63,124 nucleotides of DNA, filler included, from Olpidium bornovanus S191 (GCA_017911155.1; 27 parts of 27 records of this genome joined end to end with filler, not necessarily neighbours in it), one strand, 5' to 3'; counted from the whole stretch's first letter, positions 50,539 to 62,207 are shown. Notes: generated from the letters alone by a model not told the origin. Numbers and translations are program-made.

Positions 50539-51061
50539 TTATCTGGTGCGCCACATGTACCCCATCTCCTCGCGGAGCGGGATTCCGAGCTCCTTCCTGA
50601 GCGGGCCAAGTACCTCGAGGTAGTCGTTGTATTGCTTCATGTCCTCCGTCTTCTCCAACAGGGCCTCGAAGATGCGAACTGCAGTGGCAAAATCGTTGAG
50701 ACGCCTCGACGCATAGAGGGCGGCCTCGATGACGGTAGGCGCCGGCACAAGGTCGTAGGAGAAGACGTTCTGGCAGCCGCGGCGGAGCTCCTGGTTCTCC
50801 TCGCACTCGTTGAAGAACTCGATGTACCGCGTGGTGACCTCATCATACGATTCATCCATGAACGTTCGCCGGCCCTGCGCGGCGACTGGCGGAGTTCGAC
50901 AGGGAAAAATGGAAATAAGCATAAGGAAAGCGAGCATGACCGGAGGCAGATGGTGCGCCGGCGCCAGTTAGCCGCCAGAAGCTAAAAGGCGGGTCAGCTT
51001 CACGGAAACCGACAAAGTTGACAGCGCGACCCCCGCGTCGGCGCAGAACGACTGACGGCAT
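50539..51061 (-). CDS. COX6: Cytochrome c oxidase subunit Va (yeast Cox6)
   Basis: ESYDEVTTRYIEFF...ELRRGCQNVFSYDLVPAPTVIEAALYASRRLNDFATAVRIFE...QYNDYLEVLGPLRKELGI, with an Arg-rich presequence exon starting at ATG 51061. Confidence 0.93.
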
Positions 51062-52006
51062 TCGCACGGCAACGTTATACCGAGATTGACGCGTTCCCCC
51101 GCAACCCAACACGGCAAGCAGACCACGGCTGAACTGCAGGGCGGGCAACAAATTCGCCGACGCTATCTTCTATCCGCTTCGCAACACGCAAACGGCCGAT
51201 CTGAACTGCGCCCGCGGCGAAACGGCTGCCCGCGGTCTTCTAGGCCGCGTCTCTGCAACGCAAAACGCGGACAGCGGCGGCAAAACCGGCGCTTGCCGCT
51301 CGCAGCTCGCTCTTTCCCCCTCACGCCTCCCCAACCCCACCCAAAAAAAAGAAAAAGAAAAAAAGAAAAAACACACCCTGCCCACACTTACCCCTGACAG
51401 CAGCGGCGGCATTTGCGGCAGGGAACCGCACAGGCTGGACGAGCGCCGCGCGGAAAGCGGCGGCGCGGGCTCCGAGCCGGAAGGCCTCCATTGTTGCGGG
51501 TTTGGGGCCCCTGTCTGGTTCTCCGGGGGGGAGGGGAGGGGGAGTTCGCGGGCAGGAGAGGGGAGGTTGCGCGGAGGTCTCTCCTTCCCCCCTCCCACCC
51601 CGCAACTTCTTCTCGTTTGCTCACGTGAGCGTCACGTGATTGACCGCCAAAGAGAGGCGTCTTCGAGCCGACCCCGTTAAACCCGCTTCGGTTTCCGCCG
51701 CCGCGAACGTCCCCGATATGCGACCGAGCCCTCGCGCTGTCACGGAGCCCTCCAGCCGCCCACGCCGCCTCTCGGGACAAACCGCCGCCGCCCGCCCGCG
51801 TCCGAACGGCCCGCGTGCAGAAAGGAAAGGTTGTCGAAAACACAGCGCGGAAGTTCCAAGGCGGCGTGCGCGCCGGCCGCTTCGTCTGCTGCGCCTCTTC
51901 CCCGCCCTCCGCCCCTCCCGCGCGTGCCGTGAGTGGGCCCGTGCGCGCGAGAGGGGGCCACCACCCTTATGTGTGGAACCGGTCCCCCGTCCCTCCCCCC
52001 TTCCCT

Positions 52007-52041
<35 letters not shown>

Positions 52042-52164
52042 CCCGCGACNNNNNNNNNNNNNNNNNNNNNNNNNNNNNNNNNNNNNNNNNNNNTTAATTA
52101 ATTAANNNNNNNNNNNNNNNNNNNNNNNNNNNNNNNNNNNNNNNNNNNNCATGTCGTTGACAGA

Positions 52165-52380
52165 GTCAGCGAACTTGATGCGAGAGCTTGGCCAAGTCAT
52201 CGGCGATGTTCTTGTGCGTCCGGACGACCCTGGTCTCGGCGGTCTTGCCCGCAACGAGACGACATAGGTGACGATAGCGGAGATCTATGTGTTTAGATTT
52301 CTTGCAAATGTGTCTGTCGCCAGGAAACTCCACCTCGCCCGTGTTGTCGATTTCCAGTGGAGCTGGATCCTGGACGAGCG
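52165..52380 (-). mobile_element. Ty1/copia RNase H C-terminal remnant
   Basis: DPAPLEIDNTGEVEF...KKSKHIDLRYRHLCRLV...VVRTHKNIADDLAK matches P..L..DN.GA / KHID.RYH / T..N.AD.LTK. Confidence 0.8.
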
Positions 52381-52685
52381 ATGGATTGGTGCGAAGCGGC
52401 AGATTGGTCTGAGCCGGGGGCAGAAGATGTCTTGGTGTTGTAGTCGACGTGGCGGCAAATTCCGCTTCGGGAAGGGGCGAGTCGGGGAGCAGGGGAGACC
52501 TCCCCCTTGTTGCTCTCTCTCGGCAGCACGCGCGCCGAAAAGGGCTGGCGCCCGCGGTCGTTTACTACCCGCCCGCGCGGACGGCACGCACCCCCCCCCG
52601 GGGGCCAGGGGAGGAGGGAACGGGACCCGGGAGCGCGAGCGGCCGGAGAGAGAAAACGTGGGGCAAAGCAGCCCGCGTTTTCGGC

Positions 52686-53416
52686 ATGGCCGCGCCTGGC
52701 CCCGCGGCCGCCGCGCCGAGCCCGCACGAGGAGCAGCAGTTCCACCTGCTGGACAGGATCGTGATAAACCTGGTGCGCGACTTCGCAGGACCAAACCACG
52801 TTTCCTTTCCCAACACGCGCGCGCGCGCGCGCGCACGCACACACACACACACACACACACAGACGCTCCGCATCTTCCGACTTTTTCTGTCCAAACCCCG
52901 GGGGTCCTTTCGCGGGGAAGCGAGGCCGGTTCGCGGGAGGGGCCACCGACGGCGGAGGACACCGGGGCGGTCCGGAGGGCCACGCTTTGGTAACGAAGTT
53001 ACGCCCGTCCTCTGCGCCTCGGCACTGCTGACGTGCGCGTCTTCCCCCCTTCTCCCCCGGCGACCCGCTTCCACTTTTCGTGATTTTAACACCACAGACG
53101 AAGCTCAACGAGGTCGTCGATGAGTTGAACGACAAGCTTGTTGTGCGTCTCCGCGGCAGGCAAACCTCGGGAAGCGCCTCCCGACTTTCCCCGCCTCTTC
53201 CCCACACACACACCCCCCCACCCCCAAAATCCCCCCGCCAACTTACCCGAAAACACTCTTTCGCATTCACGCAGTCCTGATATCTACCCTCTCTCTCCCT
53301 GTGGCGCTCGCCTGCTCTCCTCGGTCGTCCTGTCCTCCGGAGCAGGAGATCAACGAGTACAACTCCGACTTGTCTCTCGTGTCAAGAATATGGCAGGTCT
53401 ACACGCAGAACGCGAG
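52686..53416 (+). CDS. DAD4: DASH/Dam1 complex subunit Dad4
   Basis: Exons 52686-52772, 53098-53142 and 53346-53416 splice in frame through GT-AG introns. They give SPHEEQQFHLLDRIVINL-TKLNEVVDELNDKLV-EINEYNSDLSLVSRIWQVYTQNA, matching Dad4 (NPHEQVQ..IL.RII.NV..LNE.V..LN..L..IN..N..L......Y). The last exon probably starts at 53726. Confidence 0.85.
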
Positions 53417-54314
53417 GTATGCCGTCGAGGCCTTGCACGAGGGACGCCAAGCGGACGCCGAGCGGTGACGAACGGCGCCGGCGGGGGCGGGAAAAAAAAA
53501 TGGCGGGAGGGCGCACCCCGAATTTGGCATCGGCCCCGATCCCCGTCCGGACACCGTTTTTTCGACGTGCGAGATCCGAAATACGCCGCTGGGGAAGTCC
53601 CGCGCGAATGGGGAAGATCCCCCTGCACGTTGGATCCCGTGCCCGGTTTATTTAGGGAAGGGTAGACCGCGACGTTTTTTGCCGCGGATCGTACGCGATG
53701 TTTGCTGACGCGGCCGGTCAATCAGCTTCGAAGCGGCGGGGGGGGGGGTTGCAGGGGAACCAACAAATGATATGACTACTAGGATTCATTGGCTGCTAGT
53801 TGTGTCAAAGGCGCTGGGGATATTTGCAGCTAACTGCCAGTCAAATCTCCCCGCCGCGCAACGCCGGCAGATTGGAGGTTTCCTGAATAAGCTTTCCTGT
53901 ACTGGTTCCCGCACAGCGTTCGGCACATAGTCGAAGTGCCGTACCATCCTCCGTCAGCCGACTACAATGGCGACTAATCGTTTCGTAGAAAATTCTGCGG
54001 GATATCTCGAGAATGACACGCATTACGTCTTCCGGAGTTGAAAGCGCCGTAGAAACCTCGATACGGGTGCGGGTACGGTTCGCAGAACGCAGCATCGGCA
54101 AATGTAAAGAGCATGAANNNNNNNNNNNNNNNNNNNNNNNNNNNNNNNNNNNNNNNNNNNNTTAATTAATTAANNNNNNNNNNNNNNNNNNNNNNNNNNN
54201 NNNNNNNNNNNNNNNNNTCGCGAGTAAGCCGCGAACTCGGGGCCTTGCGAAAGAAAGTTCGAGTGGGGTGAGGGGTTTTTGGATCCATCAATAACTCTTC
54301 CGTTACGCTCGCAG

Positions 54315-55734
54315 TCGCTTATTGTCAGCAATTCATGAACATCGCCGCCGTCATAGCCCACTGCTTCCTCTGGCACGGATCCACAATCGTCAAGGAGACC
54401 AAGGCCATGCTCCGCGGAGCCGGCCGCGGCGGAGACGACATCCACAACCAGCTCATGAGGGCGTATCCCGAAGTCTCCGAATACGTCTACCTCGGCTTGC
54501 TCATGGTCTTCACGGTCATCATGTGCCTGGTTGGGACCTTCACCCCGTTCACTCTTCCGATCTGGGCCGTCCTGCTTGCCGTTGCCATCGCGGCTGTTTT
54601 CATGCTCCCTACCGGCATTATCATTGCGATCACCGGCCAAGGCATCTACCTGAACGTTTTTACTGAATTCATAATTGGTCTCATCATCCCTGGACAGACC
54701 GGTACTGAAGTGCATCGACCGTGTCAGATGCGTCCGTTGTCGTACGCCGAAACTAAACTCGTCGTTTTTTTTTTCGTTTTTCTTTTTCCCAGTTGCCGTC
54801 ATGGCTTTCAAATCTTTCGGAATGAACCTCCAGATGCAGGCGATGACCCTTTTGAGCGATCTTAAGCTGGGGCATTATTTAAAGGCACGACCGACTTCTA
54901 CGCTTGTGATTTCTCTGTTCTTGGTGTGAAACCGACGTTGACCCCGTGTCATGTTTCGATGGCAGATCCCTCCGCGGCAGATGCTAATCACCCAGCTTTA
55001 CGGCACCACCGTTGGCGCCATCATCAGCACGGTGGTATGCTACAACATCATTGTGGACGAGGATTGGCTGAAGGACCTGAACAACGAGGACAGCGCTTGG
55101 AACGGCATCAACTTTCGGATTTTCACGAACGCCGGCGCCATCTGGGGAGCGATCGGGCCCGCCCGTTTTTTCAGCGGCCACTACACGAAGCTTTTCTACA
55201 GTTTTCTCATCGGGCCCCTCCTCTGCCTCATTCCCTATTTTGGCAACAAGATGCGCCCGTCCAGGCTTTGGAAGTACTGTAACATCCCGCTCTTGACCAT
55301 GCCGCTTGGAGGAGCCGGCATGCCGCAAAACATGATCGTCATGTCCTTTGTGACAGCCTTCGTCTTTCAGTATTGGCTGTAAGTCCCCCTGCGTGATCTC
55401 TCCTCTTTTCCTCTTTTTGCCTGCAATTTTTTGCGGAGCGTCTGGGCCATTCTCGCCTGGGTCATTCCGCTGAAACGCGTGGTTTGGCCCAAAAACGTTG
55501 TTTCGCAGCTTCCGCCACCGCTACGACTGGTACTCCAAGTACAACTACGTGCTGGCTGCCGCGCTAGACACCGGGACGGCGATCGCGGTCCTCGTCACCA
55601 GCCAGCTGGCTGGATACATCGTCCCGCCAATCTGGTCCGGCAACCCGCTCGCGGTAACCCCGGACTATTACTGTTACACCCCCGGCAGGATGTGCGCAGG
55701 CAAAGCGTACTGCTCGAAGTTCAACGATCCTTAG
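54315..55734 (+). CDS. OPT-family oligopeptide transporter, 5' truncated
   Basis: DDIHNQLMRAYPEV, PTGIIIAITG..IYLNVFTEFIIG, LLSDLKLGHYLK|IPPR, WGAIGPARFF and WYSKYNYVLAAALDTG, joined by GT-AG introns. Confidence 0.95.
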
Positions 55735-56765
55735 GGATTGCGGGGCAGCGGGACGAAAAATTCCCGCGCCCGCGGCCCGCACAAAACGACTTGTCGGAAC
55801 CGCGGTGGAGGGAGGGCCGTTCCGATGCGGGAGACGGCCGATAAACACATCCTTTCCTTTCTATCGTATTTCGTAGACAGATACCCCTTTCCAACTGTGT
55901 AGATCCTATCCATCTGTAAACTCCCCGCATTCCCCCGGACCGTACACTCCACCTAATCCTTTCGCGCGGCTGTGCCCGCGCCTCGGCTGCTCCCCGCAAT
56001 TCAAACGGAGCGTCGATTTCTGTCAGTTTCCCGGCCGCGCGCGCAAGTGCCAAAGAGAGTGTGTGGGAAGGGTGAGGGTGGAAGTTGGTGGGCGAGGGAG
56101 AGTCGTACGCAACAACAGTCCCGGGAAAAGTGAAAACAAACATTCCTTTGTCTCGATCCACGTATCTGCCAAGGCTGTGGCCTTCCCCACCTTAACGAGC
56201 TGTTCTCGTGGACGGTCAACTTGAAGCACCTCATCAGTTCCGTGTCAGACAGCTCCCATTGACGGACCGTTGTCTCAAATAGCCGCAAATGCCAGGGTTA
56301 CCTGGTATTTCATAGTGGAGCCGGGGTGGGGCCCGTTCGAGCAAAACATAACTGAGTATTAGGTTTAGGATAAGCACGGACAAGGAAAAAGCCCCTGAAT
56401 TTTATTCTTATTGTTCTTGGTCTATTTTTGTGGGGTGATCTCGTTTGGGCTGGAAGGGCCCCGCTGTAGGCCCTTTCAGGGTGGTATCAGGTTTTGGGTG
56501 CCCCCCCTTGAAAGGGGGACTATCTCTTCCGGGGTGCCCCCTTACCGGTCAACAGGGGGATGTTCCACAACTCCCTTCTTTTCCAAACTTTCGATGCTGC
56601 CCCTCCCCCTCTGCCCCTCCTTCAGCCCAACCACCCCCCCACCCTTCTTTCAACCCGAACCCCCCTTCCAACCCTCCTTGCCCCCCTTTATCGTGAACTC
56701 CCCCGGCCCCCTTCAACCCAAACCCCCCCCTTTTCAACCCGAATTCCCCTTTGCCCCCTTGAATT

Positions 56766-56848
56766 CATTGACAATGGACGTGACAATTGACGATTGACAA
56801 TTGACAAAATTCACAATGGATGATTGACAATTGACGCTTGACAATTGG
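56766..56848. repeat. TTGACAA / CAATTG short repeat cluster
   Basis: About 8 TTGAC(A/G) units with palindromic CAATTG cores. Confidence 0.8.
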
Positions 56849-56850
56849 CC

Positions 56851-57387
56851 CCGTCAAAGAAGATGCTTTGCAACAAAAAAGAAGATCGTGCACTTCGCAA
56901 AAAAATGATTCACACATTGCAAAAAAAGAAGGTTTGCACGCTCGCAAGCCACATAAAAAGAAGATTCGCACGTAGCAAAAAAAGAAGATTCCCACGTGGA
57001 AAAAAATGGTGTGCCCGTCGCAAAAAAAAGAAGACGCGCCGGTCAAAAGATGATGTGCGCATCAAAAGACAATTCGCCTATCTCAAAAAAAAGAAGATGT
57101 GCGCGTGGCAAAAAAAAAGAAGATGCGCATCAAAAAAATTAATTTCCAAGCGCGCGGACGGCGCAAAAAAAAAATATTTGCCAGTCGCAAAAAAAAGGAG
57201 ATGCGCCGTCGCAGAAAAAAAGAAGATGTGCCCGTCAAAAAAAAATGCGCCCGGCAGAAAATATAACATGCGACCGTTGCAAAAGGAAAAAGGATACGCC
57301 TGTTGCAAAAAAAAAATCGCCCCCGTTGGAAAAAAAAGAAGATGCGCCCGTTAAAAAAGAAAGAAGATGCGCTCGTCGCAAAAAGAA
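56851..57387. repeat. Degenerate A-tract minisatellite, unit ~20-25 bp (A5-8GAAGATGCGCCCGTCGC-like)
   Basis: About 20 imperfect units (AAGAAGAT anchors at 56857, 56879, 56958, 56982 and others) running to the contig end. Confidence 0.85.
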
Positions 57388-58003
57388 NNNNNNNNNNNNN
57401 NNNNNNNNNNNNNNNNNNNNNNNNNNNNNNNTTAATTAATTAANNNNNNNNNNNNNNNNNNNNNNNNNNNNNNNNNNNNNNNNNNNNCCCATGCGCTTAA
57501 GTTTTAGCAGAACTGCACCAAACGCTGTGAAACAATTTGGGTGATTTGCAAGCCGTTCGGAGCTGAAATTTTGACACCGAGGTGTTTTCACAAGCTCTAA
57601 TTGTGGTTGGATTAGGAAGCAAAAGGCGGTCATTGTGGCGCCAGCGCTTCTACGGAGCTGTTTGAGATAGGGTGTAGTGAGACGATTTTGCATTGAAATT
57701 GATTGTCGGCACCAATTTTAGGGGGTCCATTTTTTTGGATGCTTTGAGCGTGCACCTCTTGTGACCTTCGCTGTGAACTAGCTAGACTCGCATCCGCGGC
57801 CATCCGGGGTGGCGGATGGGTGGCAGATGGGCCAGGCTTGCCCAGCTCGTTTTTGCACGTGACCAGGCTCGGTTTAAAGGAGGGTTGGCGTGCGAAACAA
57901 AAAAAACGGGGACAACGTCGAAAAGCATAACCGCGCCACTTCTCGAAACGCTCAGCGCATAGGCGCACGGCCCCTTGCGGCGGGGAGGGTGGACAATCCC
58001 GGC

Positions 58004-58644
58004 ATGCCTGACTGGATTTGCCGCCGCGAGGACGGCCGCAAGCGGGAGCCGGAACGGGAGCGGGAGCTGGATTTCTTCACGCGTCTTCCGGACGGGGACT
58101 TCTCCTTCTTCCCCGAAGAGCAGCGGGCGGCGGGACCGGAGCCTGCTTTCAGCTTTTTCCGGGACGACCGCGGCGGCGGTCCCGGGCTCCCGTCGCCGGG
58201 GCGACCTCCAAGTACGCGCTGAATGGATTACGGCGGACAGTCGAGGGCGGAAACATGTTTTCTCTTTCCGCTCTGTTGGCTTCTCCAGCCCCCTGTTTCC
58301 AACGTGGGGGGTGTGGGCGGGGAGGGGGTCGGGCAAAACTGGCCGTCTCTGACCGTGCGTACACGGCTCGGCTCTCCGGGCTCCTCCGGGGGGCAATGCG
58401 GGGGGGGGGTGGTTCTGCGGGCGCCTTTCGCGTCCAAAAAAAAAAGCCGACGAATATTCGCTGGATAGGTTCCTCGCGGACATCCCGGAGCTTCCGACGT
58501 ACGACGTGCGTGTCCCCCCCCCTCCCCCCCCCCTCCCCCGGTTTTGCGTTTTTTGTTGGACTTTTTCTTTTTTCCTTCTTTCTTTTCCGTTGGGCATCCT
58601 CCGCGCGCTTCCGTTAAAAACCCGGTGGGATGCACCCTCAACCC

Positions 58645-58675
<31 letters not shown>

Positions 58676-59043
58676 ATTTTTTTTTGGTTTACATGGTTGT
58701 TTGAACCCCCCAAAAACGTCGCGCAGGCCGTTTTCGACAAGGCCCACAGAGACAATGAGCTGGTGCCCCTTGCGGGGGAGGTCCCCATCCGGATACTGAG
58801 GCCGAGTCCGGACGAGCTCGCCGCGATCTCGAAGGTCGCGGCCAACTGCTGCCTCGTGTGCAGGGAGGCTTTCGCTCCGGCGGACGTCCTGGTCGGGCTA
58901 CCCCTCTGCGAACACCGGTGAGCAGTACCCCCCCCCCCCCAACCTTTTCCCCGGTCGGCGAAGTTTGAACCTTTTTGCGCGCCGCGTCGACCCTCCGCAC
59001 GCCGGACTCCTTCGCCCCTTCCCCGCCCCGCTATCACCAACCT

Positions 59044-59099
<56 letters not shown>

Positions 59100-59190
59100 C
59101 CCCCCCCCCCCCCCCCCCCCCCGCCGATTCCCCGCTGTGCCGCAGCGAACTCGACCATTCTCCCCCTCACCGACGAAATGCGCTCGATGT
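58004..59190 (+). CDS. RING-H2 E3 ligase-like protein, incomplete
   Basis: CCLVCREAFAPADVLVGLPLCEH, followed after a poly-C stretch by FPLCRSEL. The central H..C..W part is missing, probably because of misassembly or an unresolved exon. Confidence 0.5.
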
Positions 59191-59352
59191 TTTAAAAGTC
59201 AATCTGATTGATTCAAGATAAAAGACATTGCATTGTACACNNNNNNNNNNNNNNNNNNNNNNNNNNNNNNNNNNNNNNNNNNNNTTAATTAATTAANNNN
59301 NNNNNNNNNNNNNNNNNNNNNNNNNNNNNNNNNNNNNNNNAGAAAACTCTTT

Positions 59353-59422
<70 letters not shown>

Positions 59423-59613
59423 TTTCCTCCCCAACGGCGGAGGGGTTGGCGTGTTAACCACCGCGCGCACGCGCATGCACCCCGCGAAATCACACACACA
59501 CACACACAAAAAAAACATTAACCCCGCACGCACAGATAACCCGCACCGCACGCACTCGCACTCACACAAAAACCACACGCACACGAACACGCGCGCAAAC
59601 GCACCGGTCTCTC

Positions 59614-59647
<34 letters not shown>

Positions 59648-60552
59648 GCTCGCTCTTTTCTTTCCTCCCGTCGAACGTTCGCCCTCTGAAATTGGTGAAG
59701 GGGAAAAGGAGGGCGCGCGCGGAAATAAAAAAAAAATTAAAAAAAAGGTCGGCGATATCCCTTCTTCTAATACCCCTCCCTCACACACACGCGCACGCGC
59801 GCAAACCGCAAACGACCACCAATATGTGATGAGCCTCCGAGGCCTCTTTCTCCCCAAATTTGGAAAATTTTGAAGACGAAAATATCGTGACGGTAGCGAA
59901 AAAAAGCGGAACGACAAAGGGGGCGAGAGAGATGATGATGGTAATGGCGGTCTGCCGGACCTTAAATTACGCGTAACGGTAGTTTCGGCGGCCTTCCCCG
60001 CAACCCCCTCCTTTTCCCTCTCCCGTCCTGCCTCGCCTCGGCCGTTCGCCCCGCGCACAACTGGGAAAATAAAAACCGCCCTGTAAGTATAATGGGGGCA
60101 ATCTCGGGGTTTTCCCGATTTTTTTTTCCCTTTTTTTGTTGCAGCGGTCAAAATCTTCGCGGATCAGTGCACCCATCCCCCTCCCCTCCGGGGGGGGCGT
60201 TCTGCGCTGCCGCCGCCGCGCCCGCCTAACGGACGATCAGGATGCCTGCCGCGGCGCCGAAGCAGACCGCCCCGGCGGCGGACCAGGCCCGCCATTTCCA
60301 CTCCAGGCTGTTGATCAGGGTCTCCTCGGAGACCCCGGATATCAGGAACCACCGGACTGTCGGTTTCGACACGACGAGCCGGGGCTGGGGTGGCGCAGGC
60401 GGCGGCGGCGGCGGCCGCCCCGGGTTATACTGCGCTCGGCGTGCCTCGCATGNNNNNNNNNNNNNNNNNNNNNNNNNNNNNNNNNNNNNNNNNNNNTTAA
60501 TTAATTAANNNNNNNNNNNNNNNNNNNNNNNNNNNNNNNNNNNNNNNNNNNN

Positions 60553-61670
60553 CATGCTTCGGTGCAAGGTTCTTTACGTACAGCGTCCGTGAAGGCTCGC
60601 CGGGAGCATAATTTTTGTATGCGGCCGTGCCTTCCATTTCTGAAGAAGGCCAAAAAAAACCAGAAAGAAAGTAGCCGAGGAAAACGCGGCAGTGAGACGT
60701 TTTGCCGTCAGCGGCGCGTCGGTCACGCCCGGCAACCGCAACAGAAACAGTAGGCGTTGGCCTTGGGGAATTACAACGCGATCTTTCCCAATGTTGGCAA
60801 ACATCAAACTTACCCGCAGGGGACATCCGGTGGACCTCGAGCTCGGCGAGAGTTATGCACTCTTTGGTGAACTCCGGGTCAAATGCATACTCTTCGTCGC
60901 TGCGCGGTGGCTGGACGTCCAACTGTTCCCGGGGCTGAAGCTGCGCAGCACTCGTCGATTGCGGTTGCAATCCCAACCGCGCAACCTGTGCGCTCTGAGG
61001 CAAAGATCGGCGGGATTGCGATCCGTCCGCTTCCTTGCCCTGCGCAGGCTTCTCCGCGGAGGAAGGCAATGGCGGGATCCCGGTGCGTTCCGGCCGCTTC
61101 CCTTTCGTCTCACCGTTCGCCGGCGTGCCAATGGGCTCACCAACTCCAGCCATCTGTCCCGCCTCAGTCTGCGTCGCTGCGTCCACGCGCTCGCGCTCCT
61201 CTTTCTTCAGCCGCTTCTTCGGCGTGCTCACCGCGCCTGCCGTTTTCACGCAGGGGTCCCTTTGCGGCGCTGACTTTAAGCCCAGCGGCGCGGTCAGGTA
61301 GTTCGCGCCCGTCGCCAGCTTGGGGCGCAAATTCGCGGCCTCGTCCCCAGACTCCCACTCAGACTCTTCGCTAGAGAGGAGCTCGTCGCGCCGCCTCTTG
61401 CCGTAGCGCGAAGAGACTCGGACCTGCGTAAAGCGGAGAACTCCGTCAGGCCCAAACCACCGCCCACTTCCTCGCACGATAGCTAAATGCGCTCACAATA
61501 GCCGCGGCCGGCGTCGGTGCATCAAAAGGCGGCGGGAGGTTCATTTTGTTCATGAGATGTAAAACCTGAACATACAGCTTCGGCACAGCCGCTATCGCGT
61601 GGCCGATGTTTGTCAGGATCGAAGTCGTAGGCGCCGGGTAGTCATAGTAAAGGGTAGGTGGCGGCGGATA
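60553..61670 (-). CDS. RNPC3: U11/U12 snRNP 65-kDa protein (minor spliceosome), partial
   Basis: YPPPPTLYYDYPAPTTSILTNIGHAIAAVPKLYVQVLHLMNKMNLPPPF (61670-61520) matches the 65K-specific YPPP...IL.NI..AL..VPKFYVQVLHLMNKMNLP.PF block. After the linker come CITLAELEVHRMSPA | intron 60813-60640 | EMEGTAAYKNYAPGEPSRTLYVKNLAPKH, the start of the C-terminal RRM. Confidence 0.92.
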
Positions 61671-62207
61671 NNNNNNNNNNNNNNNNNNNNNNNNNNNNNN
61701 NNNNNNNNNNNNNNTTAATTAATTAANNNNNNNNNNNNNNNNNNNNNNNNNNNNNNNNNNNNNNNNNNNNCATGTTTGGTCACTTGTTGCTTTCGACCTG
61801 CTTACCTTGCTTTGAGCAGCTGCCGAGTCGTCGTCGACCAGTGCAAGTTTTCATCGACCAGCGCAAGTTCTGTCCCCGTCGATTAGCTCCCGTCCTGCTA
61901 GTACCCTTTTCCCTCCCGGGGAAAAAGCAAATGTCTGGCTGGGTTTTTGGTGCGGCTAGCTTCCCATTCTGCCTTTTTCTTTTCTTTTTCTCTCTCTCTC
62001 TCCTCGAACATCCCCTCGTCGACCGCCCTCTATCGTCCTTTCTGTCCCCCATCGATTGATACCGCGCGGGGACGCGCGTCTCTGTAGAGGGGGGGGGTTG
62101 TAGTGTGCCCTCGACATCAACTGCACGTGACCTGTACCTATATAACCAGTTGGCCCCCCGGGCACACCGGAATAGACTCCGAAGTCCTTCCTCCCTCCGA
62201 CGTCCCA

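Noticed and set aside
53841-54116. Possible fourth copia RNase H relic (LFTFADAAF / ALSTPED)
   Set aside because: Similarity is too weak and split across frames.
56851-57387. Repeat array as a CRISPR locus
   Set aside because: Units are degenerate and contiguous, with no unique 25-45 nt spacers and no cas genes; the host is eukaryotic.
38479-61670. Apparent clustering of Twinkle, CLASRP, DAD4 and RNPC3 as a functional locus
   Set aside because: They are on different contigs separated by artificial spacers, so no synteny can be inferred.
2461-61770. Recurring TTAATTAATTAA motif and ORFs ending in X-runs or LIN
   Set aside because: Artificial six-frame-stop linker; not biological.
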